Below, in pieces: positions 9,408-17,940 of a DNA stretch of 64,000 bases (positions are counted from its first letter, which is position 1; every line of letters begins with the position of its first letter). The position numbers were made by a program, and so were the translations under genes. The notes below the pieces were generated by a model, which made no database searches, was not told the origin of the DNA, and saw only the letters and a list, made by a program, of their open reading frames with translations. Source of the DNA: Candidatus Moranbacteria bacterium GW2011_GWC2_40_12 (GTDB lineage Bacteria > Patescibacteriota > Minisyncoccia > Moranbacterales > UBA11712); NCBI GenBank assembly GCA_000995965.1, contig LBYD01000002.1, forward strand, positions 71,889 to 135,888, written 5' to 3'.

Positions 9408-9851
9408 TTAGGCTTTCGTAATTCTTGAAATGTTTCCATTTAGCGTTATCGGCTGCATCGCCAAGATTTCTTCCTTATATGACGCGTCCGGAATTCCGTT
9501 ATACAAATATATGGGTTTTCCGAGAACGTGGGCGAATCCCATTTCAAGAAACGTGTTCCCTCCGATATAGTTCTCAATCCCGTTTTTTTCGAGATTCAAA
9601 ATGAGGAGTGCATCCGATTCTCCAATTATTTTATAATAAAGCTTGATAACATCCTCCCTAATTTTGCGGCGGAACGCCCCGTCTTTGCTTTTTTGTTTTT
9701 CCCTTTTGAATTCTTCCAGCGTCAGCTCACCGCGGAGAATACGCTGGCTGGTGATTGGGATATCCACTTCATGCCCCTGATTCATGAGCAGATCAGCGAC
9801 TTCTTTTATCTTCGGCGTGAAATCAATACTCCCGCAGATGACAATTTTCAT
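9408..9851 (-). CDS. nucleoside 2-deoxyribosyltransferase-like / Rossmann-like small protein
   Basis: 147 aa MKIVICGSIDF... pattern reminiscent of the NDT-like fold. Weak evidence. Confidence 0.3.
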   Translation of the reverse strand: MKIVICGSIDFTPKIKEVADLLMNQGHEVDIPITSQRILRGELTLEEFKREKQKSKDGAFRRKIREDVIKLYYKIIGESDALLILNLEKNGIENYIGGNTFLEMGFAHVLGKPIYLYNGIPDASYKEEILAMQPITLNGNISRITKA

Positions 9852-9872
9852 AATTTTTCGATTAATCTATTT

Positions 9873-11273
9873 TTAATACCGATAAAAATCGGGTTTGAAG
9901 GGGCCATTTTCGGGGATTCCGAGATATTCTGATTGTTCTTTCGTGAGTTTGGTGAGCTTCACTCCGAGTTTTCCGAGATGGAGCCGCGCCACTTCTTCAT
10001 CCAGTTCTTTGGGAAGAACGTGGACACCGACTGGATATTTTTTTGTCCAAAGTTCGAGTTGAGCCAGTGTTTGATTTGAAAAACTTGAACTCATCACGAA
10101 ACTGGGGTGGCCGGTCGCATTTCCGAGATTCATGAGCCGCCCTTCGGAGAGAAGATATATTTCATGGCCGCCCGGAAAAACATATTTGTCGACTTGCGGC
10201 TTGATGTTCACTTTTCGGATGCCCCTGGCCGCGTTCAGTTTTTCCACTTCGATTTCATTGTCAAAGTGCCCGATGTTCGAAACAATCGCCTGATTTTTCA
10301 TTTTTTTCATGTGTGCGAGGGTGATCACATTCCGATTTCCGGTGGCGGTGACATATATGTCGGCTTTGCCAAGCGTATCTTCGACCGTCGCCACTTCATA
10401 ACCTTCCATCGCCGCCTGGAGGGCGCAAATCGGGTCAATTTCCGTGATGATGACGCGTGACCCTTGCCCGCGAAGCGCTTGGGCGCAACCCTTTCCTACT
10501 TCGCCGTATCCGCACACTACCGCCGTTTTTCCTCCGAGCATCACGTCGAGCGCGCGGTTCAAACCGTCCACGACCGAATGGCGGCAGCCATAGATGTTGT
10601 CGAATTTACTTTTGGTCACCGAGTCGTTCACGTTGATCGCCGGGAATAATAATTTCCCCCTCTCAAATCTTTGATAAAGGCGATGCACACCGGTGGTCGT
10701 TTCTTCGGAAACGCCTTTGATTTTTTTCGCGGCGTTTGTCCAGCGCTGCGTATTTTTTTGATATTCTTTTTTCAGAATTTTCACGATCTCCCGAAAATCA
10801 GGTTCGGCCTTTTGGTAATTTTTTTCAAGAAGCTTCGGGTCTTTTTCCATTTCAACACCGAGATGAACGAGAAGCGTCGCGTCCCCGCCGTCGTCCACAA
10901 TGAGATCCGGGCCTTCCCCGTTCCCAAAGTTCAGCGCCTGCTCCGTGCACCACCAGTATTCCTCGAGTGTCTCGCCTTTCCAGGCAAAAACCGGCGTTCC
11001 GGCCTTGGCAACAGCCGCCGCCGCGTGATCTTGAGTGGAAAAAATATTACAGCTCGCCCAGCGGACTTGGGCCCCCAAGTCTTTGAGGGTCTCAATCAGT
11101 ACCGCCGTCTGAATCGTCATATGAAGCGAGCCGGTTATTTTCGCCCCCGCGAGCGGTTTTTTGGATGCGTATTTTTTCCGAATCGCCATCAGCCCCACCA
11201 TTTCTTCTTCGGCGATTTTGATTTCTTTGCGCCCCCATTCAGCTAGTTTAAAGTCTTTTACTTTGTAATCCAT
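9873..11273 (-). CDS. ahcY: adenosylhomocysteinase (S-adenosyl-L-homocysteine hydrolase)
   Basis: 466 aa. The N-terminus [25 protein letters not shown]...[15 protein letters not shown] and the NAD-binding [10 protein letters not shown] motif are unmistakable. Confidence 0.95.
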   Translation of the reverse strand: MDYKVKDFKLAEWGRKEIKIAEEEMVGLMAIRKKYASKKPLAGAKITGSLHMTIQTAVLIETLKDLGAQVRWASCNIFSTQDHAAAAVAKAGTPVFAWKGETLEEYWWCTEQALNFGNGEGPDLIVDDGGDATLLVHLGVEMEKDPKLLEKNYQKAEPDFREIVKILKKEYQKNTQRWTNAAKKIKGVSEETTTGVHRLYQRFERGKLLFPAINVNDSVTKSKFDNIYGCRHSVVDGLNRALDVMLGGKTAVVCGYGEVGKGCAQALRGQGSRVIITEIDPICALQAAMEGYEVATVEDTLGKADIYVTATGNRNVITLAHMKKMKNQAIVSNIGHFDNEIEVEKLNAARGIRKVNIKPQVDKYVFPGGHEIYLLSEGRLMNLGNATGHPSFVMSSSFSNQTLAQLELWTKKYPVGVHVLPKELDEEVARLHLGKLGVKLTKLTKEQSEYLGIPENGPFKPDFYRY

Positions 11274-11401
11274 AGGATATTGAAATTGGTTGTCGGAAAA
11301 TCGTAATTGGTAATAGATACTGGAAAGTGGAATGTGGAACTTAATTTTTTATTTTCCAGTTTCTATTACTATTTTCAAATTTCAATCAACTAATTTCTGT
11401 G

Positions 11402-12346
11402 CTACAAATTAATTTCTTCCCTGTATGAAGCTTTGTATCTCTTCCTAAACTCTGCAAGCGAAAAAGAGTGCTCCTGCGTTCCATATTTCTCAATCGCGAA
11501 ACTCGCCGCGACGCTTCCGAGGCGCCCGCATTGGCGAAGATTATATCCTTTGTCGAGACCGAACAAAAATCCCGCCCGATAGGCGTCTCCCGCTCCGGTC
11601 GGGTCTTCTATTTTTTTCACTCGGCAGGCCTCAACCAGAATTTCCTGCCTGTCGCGTGTCTCAATGCGCGAACCTTTTTCGCCATATGTTATCACAAGCG
11701 TTTCTAGGTGCTTAAATATTTCTTTTTTGCCCCAGCCGGTCTTCTTTCGGATCATTTTTATTTCATAATCGTTGCCAATGAGAACGTCTGCCTGGCTAAT
11801 AGATTTTTTCAATTCGCTGTCCGAGAAAGCCGGGATCTGCTGACCGGGATCAAAAACTGCCTTGATGCCAAATCCCGCGCATTGAGACAAATGTCTGAGC
11901 ATTACGTTCTTTTGAGTCGGAGAAATGATGGCCCATTTTGGATTTTTATTCCCCTTTTTGAAAAATATATTCGGCGCTGAGCCGAGAGCGCCGTTATAGA
12001 ACGCTGTTATTTGGTTGTCATCGAGATCAGTAGTGATATAGCACGAAGCGGTGAATAGTTTTTTGTCTTTTTGTATTCGCTTGGTGCTAACTTTAATATT
12101 ATTTAGATATTTCAGATACTCCCCTCCATCTTGTCCGACTGAAGAAACAATTATCGGATCCGCGCCCAGTAATTTGATGTTATACGCGATGTTCCCCGCC
12201 GTCCCGCCTTTGCTTTTTCCCAATTTTTCCACCGTGAAACAGACATTCAAGATATGAATATTGTCCGGCAGGATATGATTTTTAAACCGGTCCGGAAAGT
12301 CCATGATGTGGTCATAGACCAGGGAACCGGAAACAATGATTGGCAT
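11402..12346 (-). CDS. PfkB-family carbohydrate/adenosine kinase
   Basis: TGAGDAYRAGFLFGL (PfkB signature 2) and an N-terminal GG motif. It lies next to ahcY, which suggests adenosine salvage. Confidence 0.85.
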   Translation of the reverse strand: MPIIVSGSLVYDHIMDFPDRFKNHILPDNIHILNVCFTVEKLGKSKGGTAGNIAYNIKLLGADPIIVSSVGQDGGEYLKYLNNIKVSTKRIQKDKKLFTASCYITTDLDDNQITAFYNGALGSAPNIFFKKGNKNPKWAIISPTQKNVMLRHLSQCAGFGIKAVFDPGQQIPAFSDSELKKSISQADVLIGNDYEIKMIRKKTGWGKKEIFKHLETLVITYGEKGSRIETRDRQEILVEACRVKKIEDPTGAGDAYRAGFLFGLDKGYNLRQCGRLGSVAASFAIEKYGTQEHSFSLAEFRKRYKASYREEINL

Positions 12347-12437
12347 GATATTAACTATTACAGGCAGGAAGCCTGGGGCGAAGTGAGAACGCTAGCTTCT
12401 CTATATTGCTATAATACACAGGAGTTGAAAGTTTGCC

Positions 12438-12474
12438 AATAATAAAGGACTCGGTGTAATTTCCACGCGAGTCC
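12438..12474 (-). terminator. rho-independent terminator of gene 12501-12836
   Basis: GGACTCG-loop-CGAGTCC hairpin followed on the minus strand by a T-rich run. Confidence 0.5.
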
Positions 12475-12500
12475 CTCGTTAGGTCGAAAATCCGGTAGAC

Positions 12501-12836
12501 CTACTCGTCTTTGATGACGAGCTTGAAACCATGCATAAGCATTCCGGCAGGTTCGACGGTGATTTTTTTCTTGTCGGTAAAGAAAGTTTGCATAAGACCG
12601 TTAAAATCCTCGGGGCTTGGCTCGAACTCAAACTTTTTCATCCTGCCCATAAAGGTTGGGCCTTCAAAGATGAGCCGTTGGCCTTCGGCGCTAATGGTAG
12701 CCTCTTTCTTAACCAAGGCCCGGGGAAACCGTTGGACAAAATCCTCCGAATAGGTTTCCGCGCCAGCAACAAGACTTATGCCGATTATCTTTCCGTCTGG
12801 ATTTTTAAGAACTTCTACCTCGATTTCGAGTGGCAT
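12501..12836 (-). CDS. hypothetical protein (paralog A of tandem pair)
   Basis: 111 aa. The motif DGKIIGISLVAGAETYSEDFVQRF aligns with EGKITGFTVIAQKQGEAEFFCKDF of the adjacent gene. Confidence 0.5.
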   Translation of the reverse strand: MPLEIEVEVLKNPDGKIIGISLVAGAETYSEDFVQRFPRALVKKEATISAEGQRLIFEGPTFMGRMKKFEFEPSPEDFNGLMQTFFTDKKKITVEPAGMLMHGFKLVIKDE

Positions 12837-12859
12837 AGATGCCTCCTTATTATATTAAG

Positions 12860-13192
12860 TTAAACATGTACAATCCTAAAACCAATGGTGTCGGGATGCA
12901 ATGGCTGACGAATCATAAATTGACCGCCACCGAGATAGAATTTTTCCAGCTCCTCGTAAACTTTCAGTTTGAGATGAAAAGCAACTTTTGCAGGCTGGAA
13001 AGGACAAGCCAAGTTGACTAAAACCAACGCATCGCCGGCCAGAAAGAAATTGGCCTTGTTAACACTGAACGCCAGACCAAAGTCTTTGCAGAAGAATTCT
13101 GCTTCGCCCTGCTTTTGGGCAATAACCGTGAATCCGGTGATTTTACCCTCGGCATCCCTGTCCAAGATAAAGTCCAGTTTGAATTCATACAT
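12860..13192 (-). CDS. hypothetical protein (paralog B of tandem pair)
   Basis: 110 aa, homologous to the downstream 111-aa protein. Separated from it by 23 nt on the same strand. Confidence 0.5.
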   Translation of the reverse strand: MYEFKLDFILDRDAEGKITGFTVIAQKQGEAEFFCKDFGLAFSVNKANFFLAGDALVLVNLACPFQPAKVAFHLKLKVYEELEKFYLGGGQFMIRQPLHPDTIGFRIVHV

Positions 13193-13398
13193 ACAGTTAT
13201 ATCCTCCTTATAAAATTGGGAAATAACGGCAATTTTGCTTTCAAGATAGAATAAGATAAGCGGAGCTTGGTGTCAAATGCGGATCACTGCGAAGAAAATT
13301 CCATTTTCTTCTTACGGGCCACCGAGCAAACAAACTGCCCGCGGTCAAGGTGGAGATTCATAAAAAATACACCCCGTTAGGGGGCGTATTTATATCTT

Positions 13399-13483
13399 CG
13401 GAGAGGGAGGGATTCGAACCCTCGATACCTTGCGGTATACCCGCTTTCCAAGCGAGCGCACTAGGCCACTATGCGACCTCTCC
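13399..13483 (-). tRNA. tRNA-Ser (anticodon GGA), class II with long variable arm
   Basis: The reverse complement folds as a cloverleaf. Acceptor stem GGAGAGG/CCTCTCC with discriminator G. Anticodon stem CTCGC/GCGGG with loop TTGGAAA (U33-GGA-A37). Long variable arm, T-arm GAGGGTTCGAATCCCTC. No encoded CCA. Confidence 0.8.
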
Positions 13484-13735
13484 AAAATTTTCTAATAATT
13501 TTTTAAACTCATTACCGCCTTTGTAGGATTTTATTTTTCTTTCTCTGGCCAACGCCTCTTTTCTATCCTTAAATTCTTCGAGATATACGACACTGAACGG
13601 ACCCCGATTTTTTGTTGATCTGTTTTTTCCTGTATTATGAAATGCTAAGCGTGTTTTTATATCATTAGTATACCCAATGTAATAACGTCGATCTTTTTCA
13701 CCTTTAATTACGTAAACGTTATGCATAACTTCCAA
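13469..13735 (-). CDS. GIY-YIG nuclease-domain protein (88 aa)
   Basis: VYVIKGEKDRRYYIGYTNDIKTRLAFHNTGK matches the GIY...YIG...R...H core. The last 15 nt, including the TAG stop, are the first 15 nt of the tRNA-Ser gene. Confidence 0.7.
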   Translation of the reverse strand: MEVMHNVYVIKGEKDRRYYIGYTNDIKTRLAFHNTGKNRSTKNRGPFSVVYLEEFKDRKEALARERKIKSYKGGNEFKKLLENFGEVA

Positions 13736-13752
13736 CCCCGCCAGGGCGGGGA

Positions 13753-13775
13753 CTAGGCCACTATGCGACCTCTCC
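13753..13775 (-). repeat. 23-nt duplicate of the 5' end of tRNA-Ser (direct repeat flanking the GIY-YIG ORF)
   Basis: CTAGGCCACTATGCGACCTCTCC occurs at 13461-13483 (tRNA 5' end) and again at 13753-13775. The hairpin CCCCGCCAGGGCGGGG lies between the second copy and the ORF start. Confidence 0.7.
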
Positions 13776-13783
13776 AGTTTTTC

Positions 13784-14113
13784 TTATTTGTCCTTTCTCG
13801 CCGCCCAGTTGAAAGAAAGAAAATATTTCTGCCATAATTGATCGGAAGAAGAATACTCATTTGATCCAAAAAAATAATCGGCAAGCATTTCGCGCATTCG
13901 GGTCAGCTCCTTGAGCCTTCTTCTGTTCTTGGGATCGGAAATTGTCAGTTCCGCCAGCTCCAAGGCGCGTTCGGCCGCGAGATTGCTGAATTCCGCATTT
14001 TTCCCGCGCCAATTTATGGCTCGCCCCGCCTCGCTCCCCACATTCGCCAGCTGTTCGGCAAGCGAAAAATTGTTCCAGCGGCCAGCGGATAAATTTTTGT
14101 GAATTCGGTTCAT
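13784..14113 (-). CDS. hypothetical protein
   Basis: 109-aa ORF overlapping the upstream gene by 4 nt (ATGA). Helical, no recognisable motif. Confidence 0.4.
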   Translation of the reverse strand: MNRIHKNLSAGRWNNFSLAEQLANVGSEAGRAINWRGKNAEFSNLAAERALELAELTISDPKNRRRLKELTRMREMLADYFFGSNEYSSSDQLWQKYFLSFNWAARKDK

Positions 14114-14451
14114 TTTTCAACCAATTTGTTTACTGTTTCGATGATTTTTTTTCTGACTTCCGGATCTTCCACATCCCTGCTCCGGTTATTTTGGGATGGA
14201 CGGATATTGATCATAGAATCAAATTCTACGAATCCTTCTCCCCCTATTCCCGGATATAAATTTATTCCCCAGAGATTTTTCTGCTCCGATCCTTTTTCCA
14301 GAAGAGCGGCCTCAAGATCGGCATGGAGCTCTGCGTCAACAGCCATAATCTTGCCTTTGGTATCGACAACCGCTTTCACAAAATTTCCGAACAATTTCTG
14401 CGCCATTTCATCCAGTTCTCTCAAAGTTATACCGTTTTTTATTATTTGCAT
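14110..14451 (-). CDS. hypothetical protein (possibly DUF5674-like)
   Basis: 113 aa MQIIKNGITLRELDEMAQKLFGNFVKAVVD...NLWGINLYP. Co-transcribed with the downstream 109-aa ORF. Confidence 0.4.
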   Translation of the reverse strand: MQIIKNGITLRELDEMAQKLFGNFVKAVVDTKGKIMAVDAELHADLEAALLEKGSEQKNLWGINLYPGIGGEGFVEFDSMINIRPSQNNRSRDVEDPEVRKKIIETVNKLVEK

Positions 14452-14574
14452 ATTATTTATCTTTTTGTTTAGTAATTTCAGACTAACTGAAAATTAACCA
14501 TAAATCAAGAAAAATAGTCCGTTCCGGAACATTGGAGCGAACTATAGTAATTGTGATTCCAAAATCGAAATCCT

Positions 14575-14636
14575 ATTTCTCCATCTTCCCGATCTCAATC
14601 ATTGTTTTGATGACCGTGTCGGGATTGAGGGATATC
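14575..14636 (-). repeat. 62-bp duplicate of the ppsA 3' end (direct repeat with 15360-15421)
   Basis: The two copies differ at one position (c vs t). The copy at 15360-15421 is the true end of ppsA (..MIEIGKMEK*). The copy at 14575-14636 lies 723 bp downstream, beyond the intervening gene 14635-15348. Confidence 0.8.
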
Positions 14637-15348
14637 AGCGTTCTTCAAAAACAACTTCCTTTCTGCTTATTTCTTTTGTTATTATTTCATTCAAATCCCA
14701 TTCAAGATTATCGTTTTTCAGAAAAACAAACATCGAACCCTCCCAGGAGCGGGTGATTTCATCCGCAGTATGTAAAAAGGTATTGTCCATCAATACTTTT
14801 GTTGACTTGCCCTCTTTCCAGGAACAGAAAAACGGTTTTGAAAAAGAAAGTTTCCAGCCAACTTGATTGTTATCTTTTCCTAATTTTATTTCGGTCACTG
14901 AATCCAAGTCTGCATTGCACTTGAAATCAATTTTACCACTGTCATGATGTGGCAACGAAACCGTTGTTAATATGCTATTTTTACTGTCCCTATGCCCTGG
15001 CAAACTAATAATCTCACTTTTATTTTTTGGAACCGCGCCTGCAAAGGAATCATAAAAGCATCCTGCCGGGCAATCTTGCGCAGCGCCATAAGAAATTTCA
15101 ACCACATAAAATTCTTCGTCGTTGATTTTGCTTTTTGAAGATTTGCATAAATGAATAAGGCTCGGAGGAAATTTTCTTTCTTTTATTACAAACTGGGCTA
15201 TTTCCGGACAGGCGGATAAATTCACGTACGAAGGAGAATCGCCAGTCTTTATTGGTAATTCATTTTTTTTTGTTAATAAAAAATATCCCGCCACGCCTAA
15301 TAAAAGCAAAATTACCAAGATTGACGAAAGTAATAATTTATTTTTCAT
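14635..15348 (-). CDS. secreted/membrane-anchored hypothetical protein
   Basis: 237 aa. N-terminal signal/TM segment LLLSSILVILLLLGVAGYFLL and a Cys-containing extracytoplasmic part. It sits between the two 62-bp direct repeats. Confidence 0.5.
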   Translation of the reverse strand: MKNKLLLSSILVILLLLGVAGYFLLTKKNELPIKTGDSPSYVNLSACPEIAQFVIKERKFPPSLIHLCKSSKSKINDEEFYVVEISYGAAQDCPAGCFYDSFAGAVPKNKSEIISLPGHRDSKNSILTTVSLPHHDSGKIDFKCNADLDSVTEIKLGKDNNQVGWKLSFSKPFFCSWKEGKSTKVLMDNTFLHTADEITRSWEGSMFVFLKNDNLEWDLNEIITKEISRKEVVFEER

Positions 15349-15357
15349 ATAGATAGT

Positions 15358-17847
15358 TTATTTCTCCATCTTCCCGATTTCAATCATTGTTTTGATGACC
15401 GTGTCGGGATTGAGGGATATCGAATCGATTTTTTCTTCAACAAGAAATTTGGCAAAATCAAGAAAGTCAGAAGGCGCCTGGCCGCAAATTCCGACTTTGC
15501 GGCGGGCGCGGTGGGCTTTTGCAATCACCTGCCGGATAAGTTCCTTCACGGCATCGTTCCTTTCGTCGTAAACGTGCGCCACTTTGGCGCTGTCGCGATC
15601 AACTCCGAGAGTAAGTTGCGTCAAATCGTTCGAACCGATGGAAAAACCGTCGAATATTTTGGAAAACTCCGAAGCCAAAATTACGTTGGAAGGAATTTCA
15701 CACATCACATAGACCTGAAGCCCATTTTTGCCACGTTCCAGGCCGTGTATTTTCATCTCCGAGAGCACTTTTTTTCCTTCTTCAACCGTCCGGCAGAATG
15801 GAATCATAGCTTTGAGGTTAGTGAGCCCCATCGCTTCGCGAACTTTTTTGAAGGCCAGGCACTCGAGTCGGAATCCTTCTTTATAGTCCGCGTCGTAGTA
15901 TCTAGATGCTCCCCGCCAGCCAATCATCGGATTCTCTTCGGCCGGCTCAAAACTTTTTCCGCCAATCAAAGTCGCGTATTCATTCGTTTTGAAGTCTGAC
16001 ATCCGCACAATCACGTCTTTTGGCCAAAATGCCGCGCAAATTCGCCCGATACCTTCTGCCAACTTATCTACAAAAAATTCTTCTTTGTTCTTGTAGCCCT
16101 GCGTGAGGTCATTGATTTTCTTTTTTTCTTCTTTATCTTTCACCTTTTCAAAATGGATGAGCGCCATCGGGTGAATTTTGATATATTCCGTGATGATGAA
16201 TTCTTCTCTCGCCAGCCCGACGCCATCATTTGGAATAAAAGTGAGATCAAATGCCTGGTCCGGATTCCCCACATTCATCATGATTTTCGTCCGCCGGCTG
16301 GCGGATGATTTTTTGATGTTCTTGAGATTTGTCGTTTTGATCTCAAATTTCAAAAGGCCGTCGTATATTTTTCCTTCTTCCCCTTCGGCGCAACATACAG
16401 TCACGGGCCGGGTGTCTTTGATGGCGCTTGTCGCGTTTCCGGTTCCAACAATGCACGGAATTCCCAGTTCCCGCGATACAATCGCCGCGTGTGATGTCCG
16501 CCCGCCGGAATTGGTGACGATAGCCGAGGCTATTTTCATAATTGGCTCCCAATCCGGATCCGTCATTTCCGTGACAAGCACTTCGCCTTTTTTGAAATCG
16601 GCGATTTTGGCCACGTCTTTGATCACATTGGCTTTCCCGGCGCCAATTTTACTTCCCACGGCCGCTCCCACGCACAAAATTTTGCTTTTTTCTTTCAAGA
16701 TATATTCCTCCAGCACATTTTTCTTTTTTTGCGATTGGACAGTTTCGGGACGAGCCTGGACGATATATAAATTTTTGTCGCGCCCGTCCTTCGCCCATTC
16801 GATATCCATTGGTTTTTTGTAATGTTCTTCAATCAGTGCTCCCCATCGGGCAAGCTGCAGCGCCTCCTGGTCAGAAAGGCAAAAATTATGCCGGTCTTCC
16901 TGCGAAACAATTGCGTTTTGAGTAGTTGATGTTCCTCCGATGCTATAGACTAGCTTGTTCTCTTTGCTCCCAAGTTTTTTTCCAATGATGGGCTTGAATC
17001 CTTTTTTGAGCATGGGCTTGTGAATAATGAACTCATCAGGATTCACCTTTCCTTTGACGATGTTTTCACCCAAGCCCCAAGATCCGTTAATGATGATAGC
17101 ATCTGAAAAACCCGATTCCGTATCGATCGTGAACATAACCCCGCTTGAAGCCTCATCGGAACGCACCATTTTTTGCACTCCAACTGAAAGAGCGATGCTG
17201 AGCTGATCAAACCCCTTGTCAACACGATAGGATATGGCCCGATCGGTGAAAAGAGAGGAAAAACATTTTTTGATAGATTCTAGAAGCTGATATTCTCCAG
17301 TCACATTGAGATATGACTCCTGTTGGCCGGCAAAAGAGGCATCGACGAGGTCTTCCGCCGTGGCACTGGAGCGAACGGCCACATCAACGCCGCCCGCGAA
17401 GTGGTTGGTATGGTCATTTTTGCTCCAAGAGATGTGAAAACTCTTGTGGGGATTGTATTCCTTGGAAAGCTTGGCGTAGTTTTCCACAATCGCGTTTCGG
17501 AGATCAATTGGAAATTCAGCCGCAAGAATTGCCTGGCGGACCCTGTAGCCATGCTCGGCCAAATTCCGCATATTGCCCGTATCAAGTCCTTTGAGAATTT
17601 TTTTTATCTCGCTATCCAGGCTATTTTGGGTAATGAAATAGCGATAGGCTTCGGCCGTCACCGAAAATCCGTCCGGAACCCGGATGCCTTTCTTTTTGAG
17701 ATTTGAATACATCTCGCCCAGTGATGCATTTTTCCCGCCGACTAGTTCAATGTCTTTGATTCCGGATTCGCGAAACCACACAATAAAATTTTTTTTTCCG
17801 CCCGAGGCTGAAAAGCCATTGGCAAGCATCTTTATTTTTTTTATCAT
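15358..17847 (-). CDS. ppsA: phosphoenolpyruvate synthase (pyruvate, water dikinase)
   Basis: 829 aa with all three domains: PPDK_N (GGKNASLGEM), a central His swivel domain and a C-terminal PEP-binding TIM barrel (..NDLTQLTLGVDRDS..). Confidence 0.95.
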   Translation of the reverse strand: MIKKIKMLANGFSASGGKKNFIVWFRESGIKDIELVGGKNASLGEMYSNLKKKGIRVPDGFSVTAEAYRYFITQNSLDSEIKKILKGLDTGNMRNLAEHGYRVRQAILAAEFPIDLRNAIVENYAKLSKEYNPHKSFHISWSKNDHTNHFAGGVDVAVRSSATAEDLVDASFAGQQESYLNVTGEYQLLESIKKCFSSLFTDRAISYRVDKGFDQLSIALSVGVQKMVRSDEASSGVMFTIDTESGFSDAIIINGSWGLGENIVKGKVNPDEFIIHKPMLKKGFKPIIGKKLGSKENKLVYSIGGTSTTQNAIVSQEDRHNFCLSDQEALQLARWGALIEEHYKKPMDIEWAKDGRDKNLYIVQARPETVQSQKKKNVLEEYILKEKSKILCVGAAVGSKIGAGKANVIKDVAKIADFKKGEVLVTEMTDPDWEPIMKIASAIVTNSGGRTSHAAIVSRELGIPCIVGTGNATSAIKDTRPVTVCCAEGEEGKIYDGLLKFEIKTTNLKNIKKSSASRRTKIMMNVGNPDQAFDLTFIPNDGVGLAREEFIITEYIKIHPMALIHFEKVKDKEEKKKINDLTQGYKNKEEFFVDKLAEGIGRICAAFWPKDVIVRMSDFKTNEYATLIGGKSFEPAEENPMIGWRGASRYYDADYKEGFRLECLAFKKVREAMGLTNLKAMIPFCRTVEEGKKVLSEMKIHGLERGKNGLQVYVMCEIPSNVILASEFSKIFDGFSIGSNDLTQLTLGVDRDSAKVAHVYDERNDAVKELIRQVIAKAHRARRKVGICGQAPSDFLDFAKFLVEEKIDSISLNPDTVIKTMIEIGKMEK

Positions 17848-17886
17848 TTTTATTTTTTATTATAACTTTACAGGCTGATTATACCA

Positions 17887-17918
17887 CAAAAAAAGAATGT
17901 TAGAAACATTCTTTTCCA
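17887..17918 (-). terminator. bidirectional rho-independent terminator downstream of pyk
   Basis: AGAATGTT-aga-AACATTCT hairpin flanked by A7 on one side and T5 on the other. Confidence 0.55.
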
Positions 17919-17940
17919 TGCTGAATAACAGCTTCTAACG

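Noticed and set aside
10671-11246. 191-aa plus-strand ORF
   Set aside because: Antisense to ahcY.
13469-13735. Group I intron-encoded homing endonuclease interpretation for the GIY-YIG ORF
   Set aside because: The ORF is outside the tRNA body. It is 5' of the tRNA and overlaps only its first 15 nt. The tRNA is contiguous and intact, so a simple insertion with a 23-bp duplication fits better than an intron.
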